Origin: Eledone cirrhosa
Taxonomy: Eukaryota
Direction: 5' to 3'
Assembly: GCA_964016885.1 (NCBI GenBank)
Contig: OZ024740.1
Location: 80,042,001 to 80,106,000 of the forward strand
Length of the DNA stretch: 64,000 nucleotides
Under the pieces are notes generated by a model. The model was not told the DNA's origin and did no database searches. It was given only the letters and a program-made list of their open reading frames with translations. Positions 1 to 12,759 of this stretch are shown here, one piece after another. The stretch's first letter is position 1, and every line of letters starts with the position of its first letter. Both the position numbers and the translations under genes were made by a program.

Positions 1-1700
1 CAGACAGAGGGCTTAATCTTAGCTGTATAAGATCAAGCAATCAAATGAGATACATCAGAAAAAATATAAATAAGGAAGACATCTTGGTTGCATGTAGAGA
101 GATGATGGCACGTGTGGTTTCTGAATGCAAGATGATTACTTAGTAGGATTATATGAACATGGGGACATGACAAAATTCATACAATTTTACAATGGTGAAT
201 TTGTAAAAAGTTTCAATTTGAGTATGTGGAAATGTGGTCTGGTGTAACCATAAAACAGAACATGTCCTTGTAATATGCATGTAAAAGTACTTTGGAATAC
301 AAAGCTTCAAATGCATTCGTTAATGGAACATTCATGGCCAGATATTGTTATTCTCAATCATCATCATCATCATCACCGTTTTACGTCCGTTCTTCCATGC
401 TAGCATGGGTTAGACAGGTTGTCCTGTTGTGGGCAGTGTCTGGTCGGCTGACCATGCCTTGCTCATACAGGAACTGATCTGGCTTGATTTCTACAGCTGG
501 ATGCCCTTCCTAACACCAACCTCATTTACAGTGAGTGCTGGGTGCTTTTTTGTGGCGCCTACACGTCCACTTTACAGTGTGGGCTGGGTGCTTTTTTGCT
601 GTGGAACCTCCACGACCACCTTGCGGTGGGGGGAGTGGGGGCATATTGTTTATATGCTTCAGCATGTACCCATGGGAGGTCGGGTACCCTGTATTACTGC
701 GTGACGCCAGAAGTCACGGTCGTGTGTCATTGTCTTTGAGAGGTGTAGTTGGGTAAGGTCGGCTTTTATCACCTCATCCCAAGTCATCTTGGGTCTCCCC
801 ACTCCGCGGTTTCCATCAACTTCTAGTGCTCTGAACCTTTTTATGCAGCTGTCATCCTTCATACGCATCACATATCCATACCAGCGTAACCGCCTCTCCT
901 GCACGCAGCATTTGATTCCTCTTATGCTCAGTCTCTCTCTCAATTCCTTTATGCTTTGTCGTTCACGTATATTACTGTTACACATCCATCGGAGCATGCA
1001 GGCTTCGTTTCTCTCTAATCTACGTAAGTCTTCCACCTTCAGCGCCCAGGTCTCACTACCATGCAACATCGCTGTTCGGATACACGCATCATACAGTCTG
1101 CCTTTCATTCTGAGGGAGAAGCCTTTTGCAGCTAGCAGTGGTAGTAGTTCCCTAAACTTCTTCCATCCCGTTCTTACCCTAGTTATTGTACTTTCTGAGC
1201 ACCCACCTCCGTTGCTAATTCGGTCACCTAGGTAGCAGAAGCTGTCTACTGTTTCTACAGGGCCCTCCCAGAGATTGGTGGTACTTGTTTCCTGTGGCTG
1301 TTTGCTTGCTGTTTCAGCACAGCTGCTGCATGTGAATCCTACATTCTTAATTAAGCTTCCTGAGATCCCGCTACATCTCTTGTGTACCCATTGTTTGCAT
1401 TTGGGGCAGAGAATGGAGTTCCTACCTACACCTTTCCTACATACTGAGCAAGGCCATTTCCCTGAGGGGATCTGGGTTCTGTTTTCTCGTCTACTTACAA
1501 GGACCTTAGTCTTTGTCATGTTGACTTTGAGGCCCTTTCTCTCTAGTCCCTGCTTCCAGGTTTGGAATTTATTCTCTAGTTCTCAATAAAGAGGAAAAAG
1601 TGTGTTGGTTAATTCATATTGCTTATCTGTTTCATACTAGAGTGGTAGACAAAGAATGTGAGAAAATAGAATAATATCAAGACCTAAAATATGAAATGTG
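1..1700 (+). mobile_element. Decayed R4/Dong-type non-LTR retrotransposon C-terminus (zinc knuckle region + restriction-like endonuclease), split by an RTE insertion at ~359-1583
   Basis: Joining ~286-358 to 1588-1698 reads VLWNTKLQMHSLMEHSWPDIVILN-KEEKVCWLIHIA...KECEKIE*YQDLKYE, like the R4/Dong 'LWD..IQTD..I...RPDIV.....K.C..IDIA...KE.EKI.KYQDL' motif. Upstream remnants resemble TEGLI.A.QDQ and HVVSECK. Confidence 0.7.
359..1583 (-). mobile_element. RTE-clade LINE family A, 5'-truncated copy (PHD finger, RT C-terminus, 3' UTR, (GAT)n tail)
   Basis: ORF 659-1519 is near-identical to the C-terminal part of ORF 48946-51180. (CAT)n tail at 359-375. Direct repeat TTCTCAAT at 351-358 and 1580-1587 (TSD). 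Confidence 0.95.
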
Positions 1701-1955
1701 TAGGTAATTTCATATTGCTGTAAAGTTTATTATCCCAATAGGGCATGACTTCCTGCAATCTTTGTAGATAACATACATGTATACTGTATTAAAACAATAT
1801 AACATAATACACAAGCAATGTTAATATATAAGACAAATGTACACTAATAAAACTATATAATATCAAATACATGTAATATTAGTATATAACAGCACATGTC
1901 ATGCACACTATATTAAAATCATATAATACATATAATACACATGCAATATTCATAT

Positions 1956-2207
1956 GTGCCACGGCAAAAAAGCACCCAGCCCACACTGTAAAGTGGACGT
2001 GTAGGCGCCACGAAAAAGCACCCAGCACTCACTGTAAATGAGGTTGGTGTTAGGAAGGGCATCCAGCTGTAGAAATCAAGCCAGATCAGTTCCTGTATGA
2101 GCAAGGCATGGTCAGCCGACCAGACACTGCCCACAACAGGACAACCCGTCTAACCCATGCTAGCGTGGAAGAACGGACGTAAAACGGTGATGATGATGAT
2201 GATGATG
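1956..2207 (+). mobile_element. RTE family A 3' UTR-only copy with (GAT)n tail
   Basis: Near-identical to 51234-51486. Confidence 0.9.
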
Positions 2208-2264
2208 AACACACAACATGCATATTATATGAAAAAGAAAAAAATATTTGGAAGTAGAGAAGCA

Positions 2265-2540
2265 ATCATCATCATCTTCCATGCTAGCATGGGTTTAGAC
2301 GGGAATTGTCACACTTGAGGCAAGATTGGTCGGGAGACCGTGTCTCACTTATATAGGGTTGGATGCCCTTCCTAACACCAACCACGTTTACAGTGTGGAC
2401 TGGGAGGTTTTTACCGTGTTACCTACACTGCCACATTACAGCGTGGACTGTGTTTTTTTGTCGTGACACCTACACGACCTCATTTATTTTGGACTGGATG
2501 TTGTGGTACCAACATAACTTTACAGAGAGAGGGTGGAGTG
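2265..2540 (-). mobile_element. RTE family B 3' UTR-only copy
   Basis: Reverse complement of the 3' UTR at 28555-28850, with a (CAT)n end. Confidence 0.85.
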
Positions 2541-2821
2541 TCCATGACATTTCAAGCTCACACAGATTGGTGAAATCAGTAGGTTTGATATTCAACTTCA
2601 ATTTCTGTAGGTTGATGCCTGTAGAAAAATAAAGTTCTTTATGAGAGGAAAGTAATCCAGAGTACAATACTAAAACAGTAATGGTACAGTAATCATACTA
2701 ACTTTATTACATGATACACATATAGGTAGGTGTATGTGTGTGTGTATGTATGCGTTTGTATATATACATATATCATCATCGTTTAACGTCTATCTTCCAC
2801 ATATCAATGAGTTTTATATCG

Positions 2822-3015
2822 AATAATAATTGTGTCTACTTTTGGCACAAGGCCAGCAATTATCCAGTGTATTACTGGTGCTTTATTTTATCGACCCCGA
2901 AGGATGAAAGGTAAAGTTAACCTCGGCAGGATTTGAACTCAGAATGGCAAGGGTCATAACTCTATGCGTCAAAGCATGATGTCCGACCCTCTACCAATAT
3001 TGCCAATCCACTGCC
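2822..3015 (-). mobile_element. tRNA-derived SINE family 1 (long A-B box spacer, Nin/Deu-like core, ATT tail)
   Basis: Reverse complement of the element at 26772-26965. Confidence 0.85.
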
Positions 3016-3169
3016 TTTATATCGAATAGTGTACTGGGTACTTTTTGTTATGACACCTACATGACCACTTTTCAGTGTGGGCTGGGTGCTTTTTGTCATG
3101 ACACCTATATGACCACTTTACATGAAAATTAAATGGAAAACAACACAGCAAAATGATATAATATATTAT

Positions 3170-3718
3170 CATCATACTTGTTTTTACGTCCATTTTTCCA
3201 CACTTGAATGGTTTATACAGGTTCTTTTCTGTACAGCATCTCTCCACTTGTCGCGTTCCTTCGACATCTAATCTGTGAGTCTCAGTAATTTGAGATAAGC
3301 TCTTACCTTTGTCCAGGTCTTCCTTGATCAATCTCTACTGTGGCGTTTTTGCACTGGGATTTCCTGGCACTTCTTCACCTAGCAATCATTATCCATGTGC
3401 ATCACATGTCTGTACCAATACAGTCTTTTTTCTTGCACAACACTTCAGATTCCCCTTAAAGCTCAGTTCATCTAAGCTCTGCCTTTCCTTCACATTTACA
3501 TTGCACATCCTACGAAGCATGATTGCCTCATTTCTGTCCAACCTATGCATGTCCTGTGCAGTCACTGCCCATGTTTTACTATCATGCAACATCGCACAGG
3601 CATCATACAGTCATCCTTTTGTACATAGGGAGAAACCTTTTATTGCCAACAGTGAGAATAGCAGCTCTCTAAAGTTCTTCCATCCTATTCTTATTCTAGC
3701 TAATATGCTCTTCCATTG
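3170..3718 (-). mobile_element. Old degenerate RTE 3' fragment
   Basis: ORF 3389-3592 MLHDSKTWAVTAQDMHRLDRNEAIMLRRMCN is homologous to the RTE MLHGSETW...RNEA.MLRWMC motif. RTE-type 3' end at ~3170. Confidence 0.8.
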
Positions 3719-3910
3719 AGAGAACTTATCAGGCTAGTGTTTAACCTGGTTTCATTGGCTTTAAGTAACTGTGAGCACAAGAGTTTTCTCTGGGTAGGCT
3801 GGCTGCTAGTACCAATTATTTTCAGCTGAATGGACTGGGACAACATAAAATGAAGTGCCTTGCTCATGGGCACGACACTTCCTCTAGTCTGGGAATGAAA
3901 ACTATGGTCT

Positions 3911-5290
3911 TAATAATAATAATAATAATGAAATTATTGTGTAAAGTGCTCAGGTGCACTACAACTTGTCAAAGGTGTATGTATAGTACATAGAATAATA
4001 CACAAATGTCAGGGAAGTGAATAGTGTATGAGTCATGGTATACATGTGTGTATGTGTATGGAGGGGGAACATTAGGTGTAGTGTTGGCGGATCTCGGGAA
4101 GCATGGAGGCCTTAAAGGATGCAGTGTCTCGACAGCTAACAACTGATGCAGGTAGTTTGTTCCATGCTTCAGCAACTCTGAGCGTGAAAAAATGTTTCCG
4201 AAAGTCATGGGAACTGTGCTGTTTTCTGACTTTGTGGGCATGCCCACGTGTGTTAGACACATGGAAATCAAAAAGGTACTCAGGGTTGTTGTTGGCAAGA
4301 TGGTTAACAATTTTGTGGGTGTTTACCAAGTCAGTTGCCAGGTGTCGGAGCTTCAATGTATCCATGCCCAGAGAAGCAAAGCACTCAGAGTATGGTAGAT
4401 GCCTGATGGAGGGTATTCGCTTGGTTGCACGTCTCTGAACAGTTTCCAGGTGGTCAATGTTCTGAGCAAGATAGGGGTTCTAGACTGGTGATGCAAATTC
4501 TAAGTGTGGCTGCACCATAGCCATGTACAGCCTTAAATAGATATCTGGAGAGCGGCTGACAAAGGTCTTGCTGAGTGATGCTAAGACACCCTCCGCCCTC
4601 TTGACAATTTTAGAGACATGCTTCGTCCAACGCAAATCACTGCTGACCATAATGTCCAGGTCACGTTCACAAGAAGACTTCTTGATATTAGTGCTGTGGA
4701 GGGAGTATGTGGACGCTGGGTTTTTACTCCTAAAATACATGGTGGTGCACTTGTCCACAGCTAGCTTGAGTTACCAGTCTGAGATCCATTGTTGCATTGT
4801 GTCCAGGTCAGACTGCAAGCAAGATCTATAGTGTTCAGGATCTGTCCTTTTTATCTCAAGGTACAGCTTGATGTCATCTGCATAATTTAGTACCGTGGCA
4901 TTCTTTAAGTTGGCATCTATGTCATTAATATATGCCACAAACAAAAGGGGGCCAATAACAGATCCCTGTGGTACACCAGATGACATCTCATATGGTGAGG
5001 AATGCTGTCCCAGAACCGTGACTACCTCTCTTCGACTGAGAATGAAGGACTTCAACCAGTTAAAAAGATCATCCTTCACACCCATTACAGAGAGTTTTGC
5101 CATAAGCCTTTTGTGTGGCACAGAATTGAAGGCTTTCGCAAAGTCAAGGTAAACAACATCCACCCATGAGCCGCCATCAGTGATCCGGGTGATGTCCTCA
5201 AGAAACTCGATAAGTTGATCACAGCAGCTGGAGTTGGGGATAAATCCAAATTGCGAGGGCTGGATAAGACTGGTCTTATGGTGATGCAAT
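3911..5290 (-). mobile_element. CR1-clade LINE, 5'-truncated, disrupted RT
   Basis: YLDFAKAFNSVPH, SGVPQGSVIGPLLF, YADD, PHLEFASPV, TRGH..K and RKHFFTLRVAEAWNKLP motifs in ORFs 4771-5289, 4480-4758 and 4072-4365. (ATT)n tail at ~3911-3929. Confidence 0.92.
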
Positions 5291-5959
5291 CAACAATCTC
5301 ACCACACCTTCAACATTACACTTGAAATTGAGAATACCATGTCTAATTATTAAGGTTAATTTAGTTAACATAGTGTAATTAAATGTTAACATTGTCTAAT
5401 TATTCATTAATATAGTATAATTAAATACTGATATAATCTGATGAAGAATCTATTAATAAAAAGTGATAGCAAATTTAAAAATCAAATAATATTGTATGAG
5501 TTAATATCAAAATGCAATTAAATTAATTTCGACTTTCATTAGTTAATTGGGATTGTCTTTCTAATTATCATTAGTATTAGTAGTAAAGTGTTGACAGAGT
5601 TGATAAAATGTTAGAATGCTGTATTCCAACTCCCCGCATTCTGAGTTCAAATCCCAACAAGGTCAATAAAATAAAATAAAGTACCGGTCAAATACTGGAA
5701 TTGATATAATTTACTTTTCCTTCTCATCAAAACTGCTGGTCTTTTGCCAAAATTAGAAATCAAAATTCCTCCTTCTCCTCCTCCCTCTTTCTCATACTTT
5801 CTTACTTTTCTATGTTGTGTATTGTAACAGACTGACCAAGCAACTAACACAGATCATGTATTATATGAAAGAGATGTTGTGATTCTATATTCCAAAATTA
5901 TTTCTTCATGTAATATTGGGGTGACAGAAATTTCTTATGGGATAAAAAGCTTTCCAGTA

Positions 5960-6495
5960 TTTAGCTTGAGCATCTAGAAATAGAGGTAAACTCTCCTATG
6001 AATCACACCATACCATCTAAACAATGGATGGATACATATTATAAATACACTGTATTTGAATAAAAAAAAAAAAACTGGATGGTCATAATTGGCATAACTT
6101 GAGCATGTTTTTTTGGTCAGGGTTAATTTGGTGCTAAAAATGACAGGAAAGACATATTGGATAATGCGGTTGCAAGTGCACTGAGTCTAAGAAAGAAAGG
6201 GCAGGGTCATAGTTGGAGTGCCCTTGATCATAGGTCTACTCAATCAAGGATGATGTAAGGCTAAACTAAAACAACATATAAAGAACCTATGCATGAACCA
6301 GCAGGAACTTCTATGTTGTTGCTTGGTCTAATAGAAATTGCAACTAAATATCACTCAAATCACAGCCTTCCGTCTTAAACAAAGGACTTGTTGAACAATG
6401 TAGTTTCCTGATATATAAAAAGACAGGATAGTCATGTATTAAATGCCTTTCTTCATAGGACTGCTTTCTCAACTATGAACTAGGTTTTAACAAAG
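5960..6495 (+). repeat. About three adjacent degenerate copies of an unclassified ~180-bp interspersed repeat
   Basis: Recurring TAGAAAT(A/T)GCA.C.AAAT..C.CTCAAAT...GGATAATGTAG...GGATGGTCAT.G.TGGAATG..TTTGAT. Similar pieces at ~13690-13810, ~20945-21020, ~26165-26245 (-) and ~52930-53060 (-). Confidence 0.55.
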
Positions 6496-6700
6496 TATTT
6501 GTGCTAACTCTTAATGCTCTTTGTTCAACTCCTGCTGAGGTCAACTTTACCTTTCTTTCAAGATTGATGAAATTAAAGCACTAGTCCAGAGCAGTGGATT
6601 GGCAGAATTGATAGAGTATTGATTGAGATGTCTTGCAGTATATGTGCCAGCTCTTTGCATTCTGAGTCTAATTCTGCTGTAACCTATTTAGCTGGTTCAC

Positions 6701-8845
6701 TTAACCCTTTAACATTTACATTACTCTATATTTACTATTGTATTTTCACAGTAAAGGCTTTACCTTACGTTATTCTCACATAATATCAAATCTATGAGAT
6801 TTTGATATTATTTGAGAACAATACCTTAACATCAATATCAACGGCCAGTTATGGCCGATTGGAGCAGAAAGGGGTGAGAGAATTATGGTTGGATATGGCC
6901 AGTTTAAATGCTTGGCAGGCTTATCGGGAGCCCTCCTACCTCTCTTTCGGTGACCAGATCATCACCTCTGCCTCAGGAGTCCAACAGGGTGACCCACTCG
7001 GGCTCGCTCTGTTTGTACTGGGCATTGATGATTTACCAAGATGGGGGTTGAGTTGGACCTCAATGTCTGGTACCTCGACAATGCCTGTTTGGAGAGAACT
7101 CCGGATATGGTTCTCGCCACTGCCAACAAGATGGTGAAGGAGCTTGGCCGCCAGGGTCTCCAGATCAATAGCTCCAAATGTGAGCTCTAGATCCTCAACC
7201 ACCTGGCTTCTCAAAACCAACAGCTGATCGACCTGTTTGCAGAGTCCTTCCCTTCCATCACGGTCCCTCCCCCGTCGGCTTGGTGGTCCTTAGGAGCCCC
7301 AATCACAGACCCGGCCTTCGAGTAAACCTTCCAATCGAAGATGGTTGGCCTTGAGCAGCTGCTGAGGAATATTGAAGTTATCGAACCCCATCAAGGTTTC
7401 TTCATACTCGGGAACTACCTGTCTATTCCTAAGCTTCTGTATCTGCTCAGGGTCAGCCTCTCTCACATATTTCCGTCCTGCCTCCAACGCTTCGACGACC
7501 TAATCTTCGAGAGACTCGAGTGCCTGGTCAATGTTAGACTCTCTCCGGAGTCCCGCAATCCGGCTGCGTTTGCCCAAGCGATTTGGGGGTCTTGGTCTTC
7601 GTAAATGTTCGTCCCTCTCTCTCCCCTGCTTCCTTTCCTCCACCCACGCTTTCTCTACCCTGGTGAGCAACAGCCTCTCCTCTCCAACATCGACTAGTTC
7701 CAACAGGGAGTTGGGTGAAGCTCTCCAGCAATGGAGTGAGTTGGGCTTGTCTCTTCCTGAGAAGGTGGAGGATAGTCGAAGTCAGAGAACTTGGGACAGC
7801 ATAAGTTCGAAGGCCACCTTCGACTCCCTCTTTGTCCAGTCAGATCAGTTTGCAAGGTGTCGCTTACTATCTGCCAGCGCCAAATACTCAGGCGACTGGG
7901 TCGATGCCCTACCCGTGGCCAACGTTGGTGGCCTATTCAGCCTGGACGAACTTCGTGTCTCCATCGCCCTCAGAGTGGGAGCTGACATCTGCATGGGTTT
8001 GAGGTGCCGATGCGGCAAACTCCTCGACTGCACAGGCCTCCACGGTTTTCTTGCTGCCTGAATGCTGGCCGCTTCACGCGTCACACAGAGCTAAACCTCA
8101 TTCTGAAGAGAGCTTTAGACCGGGCGAATATCCCCTCAGTCTTGGAACCATCTGGGTTGTCCAGAAGTGACGGCAAAAGACCTGACGGTCTTACCCTGTG
8201 CCCCTGGTCGAGAGCAGGTGTCTTGTCTGGGACGTCACTGCTCTTTCCCACATTCTGGATGCTGCGGTTAGGACGAGAGCCACAGCTTCTGCAGCCGAGC
8301 GGAGTAAGACCCTCTGATCTGTCGGCCAGCTACATTTTTCAGCCTGTGGCTTTCGAGACGTTTGGGGGAGTCGGGCGAGGTTTTTCTCTTCACTGGCGGC
8401 TAGCCTAATAGAGGTAACTGGTGAATCTCGTGAGGGTGCTTGGCTGTTTCAGCGCATCAGACTCGCCATCACCCGAGGCAACACTGCAAGTGTGCTGGCT
8501 TGCCTAAAAAATCATTAGAGAGTTTGCCCAGTACTCGTGACGTTGCTGTCTTTTGCTCTGGTGTTGGCTCCGTTGTTCACCCCTTCCTTTACATTTTCTT
8601 TAATATTGTAACATTAAAATAATATATATCTTTCTGAAAGAACCGCGAGCTATTTATAATGTTGTCTAAGCATTTGTAATGTTATTTAAGTATATATTTA
8701 AAACATATTTGTTATGTTATTCTACTGTAAATTTATTTATATGCTCTGTTTATATTTTCATTCTGAAAAAAATTGCAAACGATTTGTAATGTATTTATGA
8801 AATAAAGTTTATGTAACTTTAAAAAAAAAATGCTAAAGGGGTTAA
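6701..8845. mobile_element. TTAA-flanked ~225-bp MITE (piggyBac-type termini), split in its right TIR by a CRE element
   Basis: TTAA-CCCTTTAACATTTA at 6701. The right end TAAATGCT-AAAGGGG-TTAA is split between 6905-6912 and 8828-8845. The body matches uninterrupted copies at 12918-13146 and 45902-46126. Confidence 0.85.
6913..8830 (+). mobile_element. CRE-clade non-LTR retrotransposon, 5'-truncated and frameshifted (RT, zinc knuckle, restriction-like endonuclease, poly(A))
   Basis: SASGVQQGDPLG..LF, LP..FGGLGLR, CRCG...D..GLH..SC, RH..LN and EP.GL.RSDGKRPDGLTL.PW motifs. AATAAA at 8801, A10 at 8821-8830, TSD AAATGCT. Confidence 0.85.
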
Positions 8846-9143
8846 TCCATTGTCTTGTTTAACACCATCTCCTGGCTCTTGGGTACCTTTGCTTGAGTCC
8901 AATCTGTTGTAAGCATTCACACTAGGTCTCTAGTTTGAAGTGGTCTTCATCTCACTAGACTCAGTTGCTGTTCCCTCTTTGACTAAACTGTAAAAAAAGT
9001 AGAAAAAAAAGGAAGAAACCTGTTTATTTGGGTGTTAATAACAAAAACAAACATCAGTTAAACTGATGTTGCTTCTACTATTGTTGATGATTAATAATTA
9101 TTTCCATTTTTATGGGTTTTTTTTTAAATTCTTATTTTCACAG

Positions 9144-9224
9144 TTGTCTCTTGATATGCATTACACAGAGGATAATATTTATGAACTATCCCTTGCCCGG
9201 GAGCCTCGATCATCATTGAGTGCA
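9144..9224 (+). CDS. RASGRP: RasGRP-family GEF, internal exon A (end of CDC25 GEF domain; LSLDMHYTEDNIYELSLAREPRSSLSA)
   Basis: ttttcacag acceptor, gtaagt donor, 81 nt, phase 0/0. The peptide resembles the RasGRP 'LSLD..TED.IY.LSL..EPR' segment. Upstream exons were not found in the window. Confidence 0.9.
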
Positions 9225-10163
9225 GTAAGTCAGTTTTACATAACCACTTTCTCACCCACCTTCTCACTCATTCATATCCTCTCCTTGTTTTCCTATATAT
9301 TTTGCTGCTTTTTTTACTCCCTCAGTTTAGATCTATTGAATACAGAATTGTCAGATTAATTTTTTAACTTTATAAAGAAAAGGGAGAAAAAAAAAGTAGT
9401 TGATTATCAGATCCATTAATATTTCAGTTGCTGATACTATCCATTAGTTACTTCTCATAAAAGTTGCATAAAACTTTCAAAAAATAGATTGTGTTAGAAA
9501 GTAACCTAAAATGAAAATTTTATTAATAAATTAAATTATATATATATTTAAGGATTGGCTATAGGCTGGTTCTAATTTACTTATCTGTTGTCATTTGGAA
9601 AATAATCAAGAATTAAGAGGGATATAACAAATTTTCTCATAATGAAGCTGGTGTTTGAAGCAGTACTGAACAAATGTTCTTACATAAAATTATGATTGTT
9701 TCATTTCTAGAATTCTGAAGGGAAATGATTTGCCATTTGAATTTAACTCTTAATATCCTCCTGCCACATGAAATTATATTAGCAATATATTCTTGAAAAA
9801 TACAAAACTGCATCATTCAAATTTAAAGTCTTTACTCTAATTGCAAATTTTCACAACAATTTTCTGTACAGTAGTGAAGATACTCTAAACATTTGAATTA
9901 ACAAAACCAATTTTAGACATTTTCTGTTAAATCATTGTAAGATATTGCATTGTAAGATATTGCAAGATGATGTTTGGAACATAGCTTAACAAATGTTTCT
10001 ACATGGAATTATAATGAAAGCTTTTGGAGTAAATATAAGCATTGTAAAATAAACAACCATGTATCATAGAACCAAGGGCAATTTCAGATAGTTTGGTTTC
10101 AAACTAAAATGCACATTTCTCAAATCTTCTATTTCAAGTTCATATTTTTTTTTGTTTTTGCAG

Positions 10164-10265
10164 CCAGTTACTCCTACAAAGCCTGTTGTGTTCGCTGACT
10201 GGGTTGCAGGAGTAAGTCCACCAGATGCAGAAACTATAAATAAACATGTGCATAATATGGTGGAG
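10164..10265 (+). CDS. RASGRP: RasGRP exon B ([34 protein letters not shown])
   Basis: tttttgcag / gtaagt, 102 nt, phase 0/0. Matches the RasGRP linker 'P.KP.V..W..GV..PD...INKH....VE'. Confidence 0.92.
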
Positions 10266-10834
10266 GTAAGTAACTAATCAACCCCTTGAAGCCTGACCTG
10301 CCACATGTACAGTCCCCAATTCTCAATGTCTACATGAAAATCATAAAAAAAAAAAAATAGTCATCAATTAAACCTGAATAAATGATGATAATAGTACAAA
10401 CATGTCAAAAGTCATAGCAATGTCTTACTGAAAAACTCAAACTAAAACAACAATGTAAAATGATAGCTGATTGGTGTAAATAATAATTTCTAAGTTAGGC
10501 ACAAGGCCAGCAAATTTTGAGGGAAAGGAAAGTTGATTAAATCAACTTCAGTACTTGACTGACACTTTATTTTATCAACCCTAGAAGGATGAAAAGTAAA
10601 GTTGATCTTGGGTGTATTTGAACTAATGTAATGAACCAGAACAAATAACACAAAGGCAGTTTATTCAACACTATTATCTAACACCGTTGATATTGTAATA
10701 CTGGACTGGTGGGTTCAAAGCATCGTAGTTTGCTACAGGGATTTATTCTTTATCTGTACTATGTATTGCAGCTTTACTTCCAAATTTTTGTGATCACAAA
10801 ATATGGAGAGATGACTTTTTAAAATTTGATTGGA

Positions 10835-11447
10835 AGCTTGCGCAGTGCACTCTACACTGATGCAGGTACAGAAGTTCAAGTATTTCGGGGCCATGTTCAC
10901 AAGTGATGGAAGCCAGGAGGCTGAATTAAATACAAGAATTGCAGGAGCTGGTGCAGTGATGCACTAGCTTCAGCATTCAGTAATCAGAAGGGAGGTAGGC
11001 ATAAAAGCCAAACTCGGTATCTTCAATTTGGTATTTATGTCAATCCTTACATATGGTCATGAATTTTGGATAATGACTGAAAGAATACAACCGCAAATAC
11101 AAGCAGCTGAACTGGGATTCCTCCAAAAGGTCTTTAGAGTAACATTGCTCGATAAAATGTGTAGCTAGGAGATCAGAAAGTCACTCCAGGTAGAGCTGTT
11201 ACTTCTCCGAATTGAGAAATCACAGATCCGATACTATGGGCATGTGGTTAGAATGTCTCAGGAAAGAATTGTTGGACAGATTTTATGGGCAAAACCAGCC
11301 AGCAGGAGACCCAGGGGTAGACTCTGAGCACGATGGTTGGATAACATCCTTGAGTTGGATATAGTTGCTTCTGACAGGACTCACTGGAAGGAGTGTTTGA
11401 GGACTCAGCTCCTATGACCCTCTCAGGAATATGTGGGAGAAGAAGAT
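10835..11447 (+). mobile_element. Old RTE (Rex3/Expander-like) 3' fragment, distinct from families A/B
   Basis: Manual translation: VQKFKYFG.MFTSDG...ILTYGHEFWIMTERI..QIQAAELGFL...LLRIEKSQIRYYGHVVRM...RRPRGR, with stops. Ends in GAAGAAGA. Confidence 0.8.
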
Positions 11448-11560
11448 TTGATTAAATCTTTAATATAAAATATAATTTAAAGATAAAATCAATAATCAAA
11501 TAATTCATTTATTTTCTGGCTAGTAACTTGATCTGAAACCATGTTGAAACTAAGACTAAG

Positions 11561-11839
11561 ACTATTACTGCATGAAAAAGTTGTTCTTGCTATTTGAAAA
11601 CACAAAAAAACTTAACTTTATATTTATCATTTATTTTGTGGTGTCAAGATTTTCATTACACTATCTGTGACCTGGTCACTGACACAGTTTGATTGCAAGA
11701 GTTGCAGTGAAACTCTCAGTGACCAGGTTGCAGATGACAGTGTAACCAACATTTTGGCACCAAGAAATAAATAATATATATGTAGTTAAGTTTTTTGTGT
11801 TTTTAAATGGCTAAAATGACTCTTCCATGCAGTAATTGT
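11561..11839. repeat. Imperfect ~280-bp palindrome (foldback/MITE-like)
   Basis: ATTACTGCATG.AA.AG...AAAACACAAAAAAACTTAACT...GACCTGGTCACTGA is mirrored by TCAGTGACCAGGTT...AGTTAAGTTTTTTGTGTTTT...CATGCAGTAAT. Confidence 0.8.
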
Positions 11840-12759
11840 TCATATATTTGTTTTTACATTAAATACTTAGATCATAAGGTTTGATTCTTTGACTGCGTGG
11901 TATGTTATATTCTTGAGCAAAATACTTTGTTCCATGTTGCTCGAGAATGAGTACCACTGGTAGTTGGAGTTTAAACCTATGGTAGACTGGCATACTTTCC
12001 AGGAGGAAGTCTTGTACACTCAGTACTTTAATGCCAATGAAACTGGGATAAGCATCAGACTCATGAGAAAATGGGCTTGGGACTGACTTTAACTTCTTAT
12101 ATTTGCTCGTGTATAAATCCTACCAGTAGATAAGTCACATCTTTATATTTCAAAAAGTATTTACTTTGTGCTATATATTTTGTATTGAAGCTTTGTAGGT
12201 CCAGCGGATATGTTGTTTGCTGAATTTTCGTGTCACACTTTCATGGTAAAAGGTGTGACTTATACATGAGTTTATATAGTAATTTACCCAGTCCCGAACC
12301 TCTGTAATAGATGGAGTGTTAGAGAGAGAGAGAGTAGGCTATATAGATATGGAGACAGAGTAAGTGATACAGAGAAAAGAAAATGATTTCAATGGTTAAC
12401 TCTCTTGTGGGTTTTTCTGTAAAATAGTTCTTGTTGACATGAAAAATAGGACAAATATCTTAAATTCCAGATGTAATAACAACAACAATAATAAGGATGA
12501 TAATAAAAATTATAAAAAAAATTATAACAATATTTGAAAATTGAATTAGAAGCTTTCACTGTATTTTAACTACAGAAAATAGTCTAATAACAGGGGCATA
12601 TAAACCTCCATCACAGAGAAAAATGGGCATCAGCATGGGATGCCCATATTTTCCATTATCAGTAACAGCAACATCAACAAGAACAAAAATAGTAATAACA
12701 ATATCAATCACAACAACAACCATAATATTAACAACAAAAATAAAAACACAAATAGTAAT

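Noticed and set aside
12278-12322. Twister-like string (CAGTCCCGAACC...TAATAGATGGAGTGTT)
   Set aside because: Only loose resemblance to the twister consensus. The required stems and pseudoknots could not be built.
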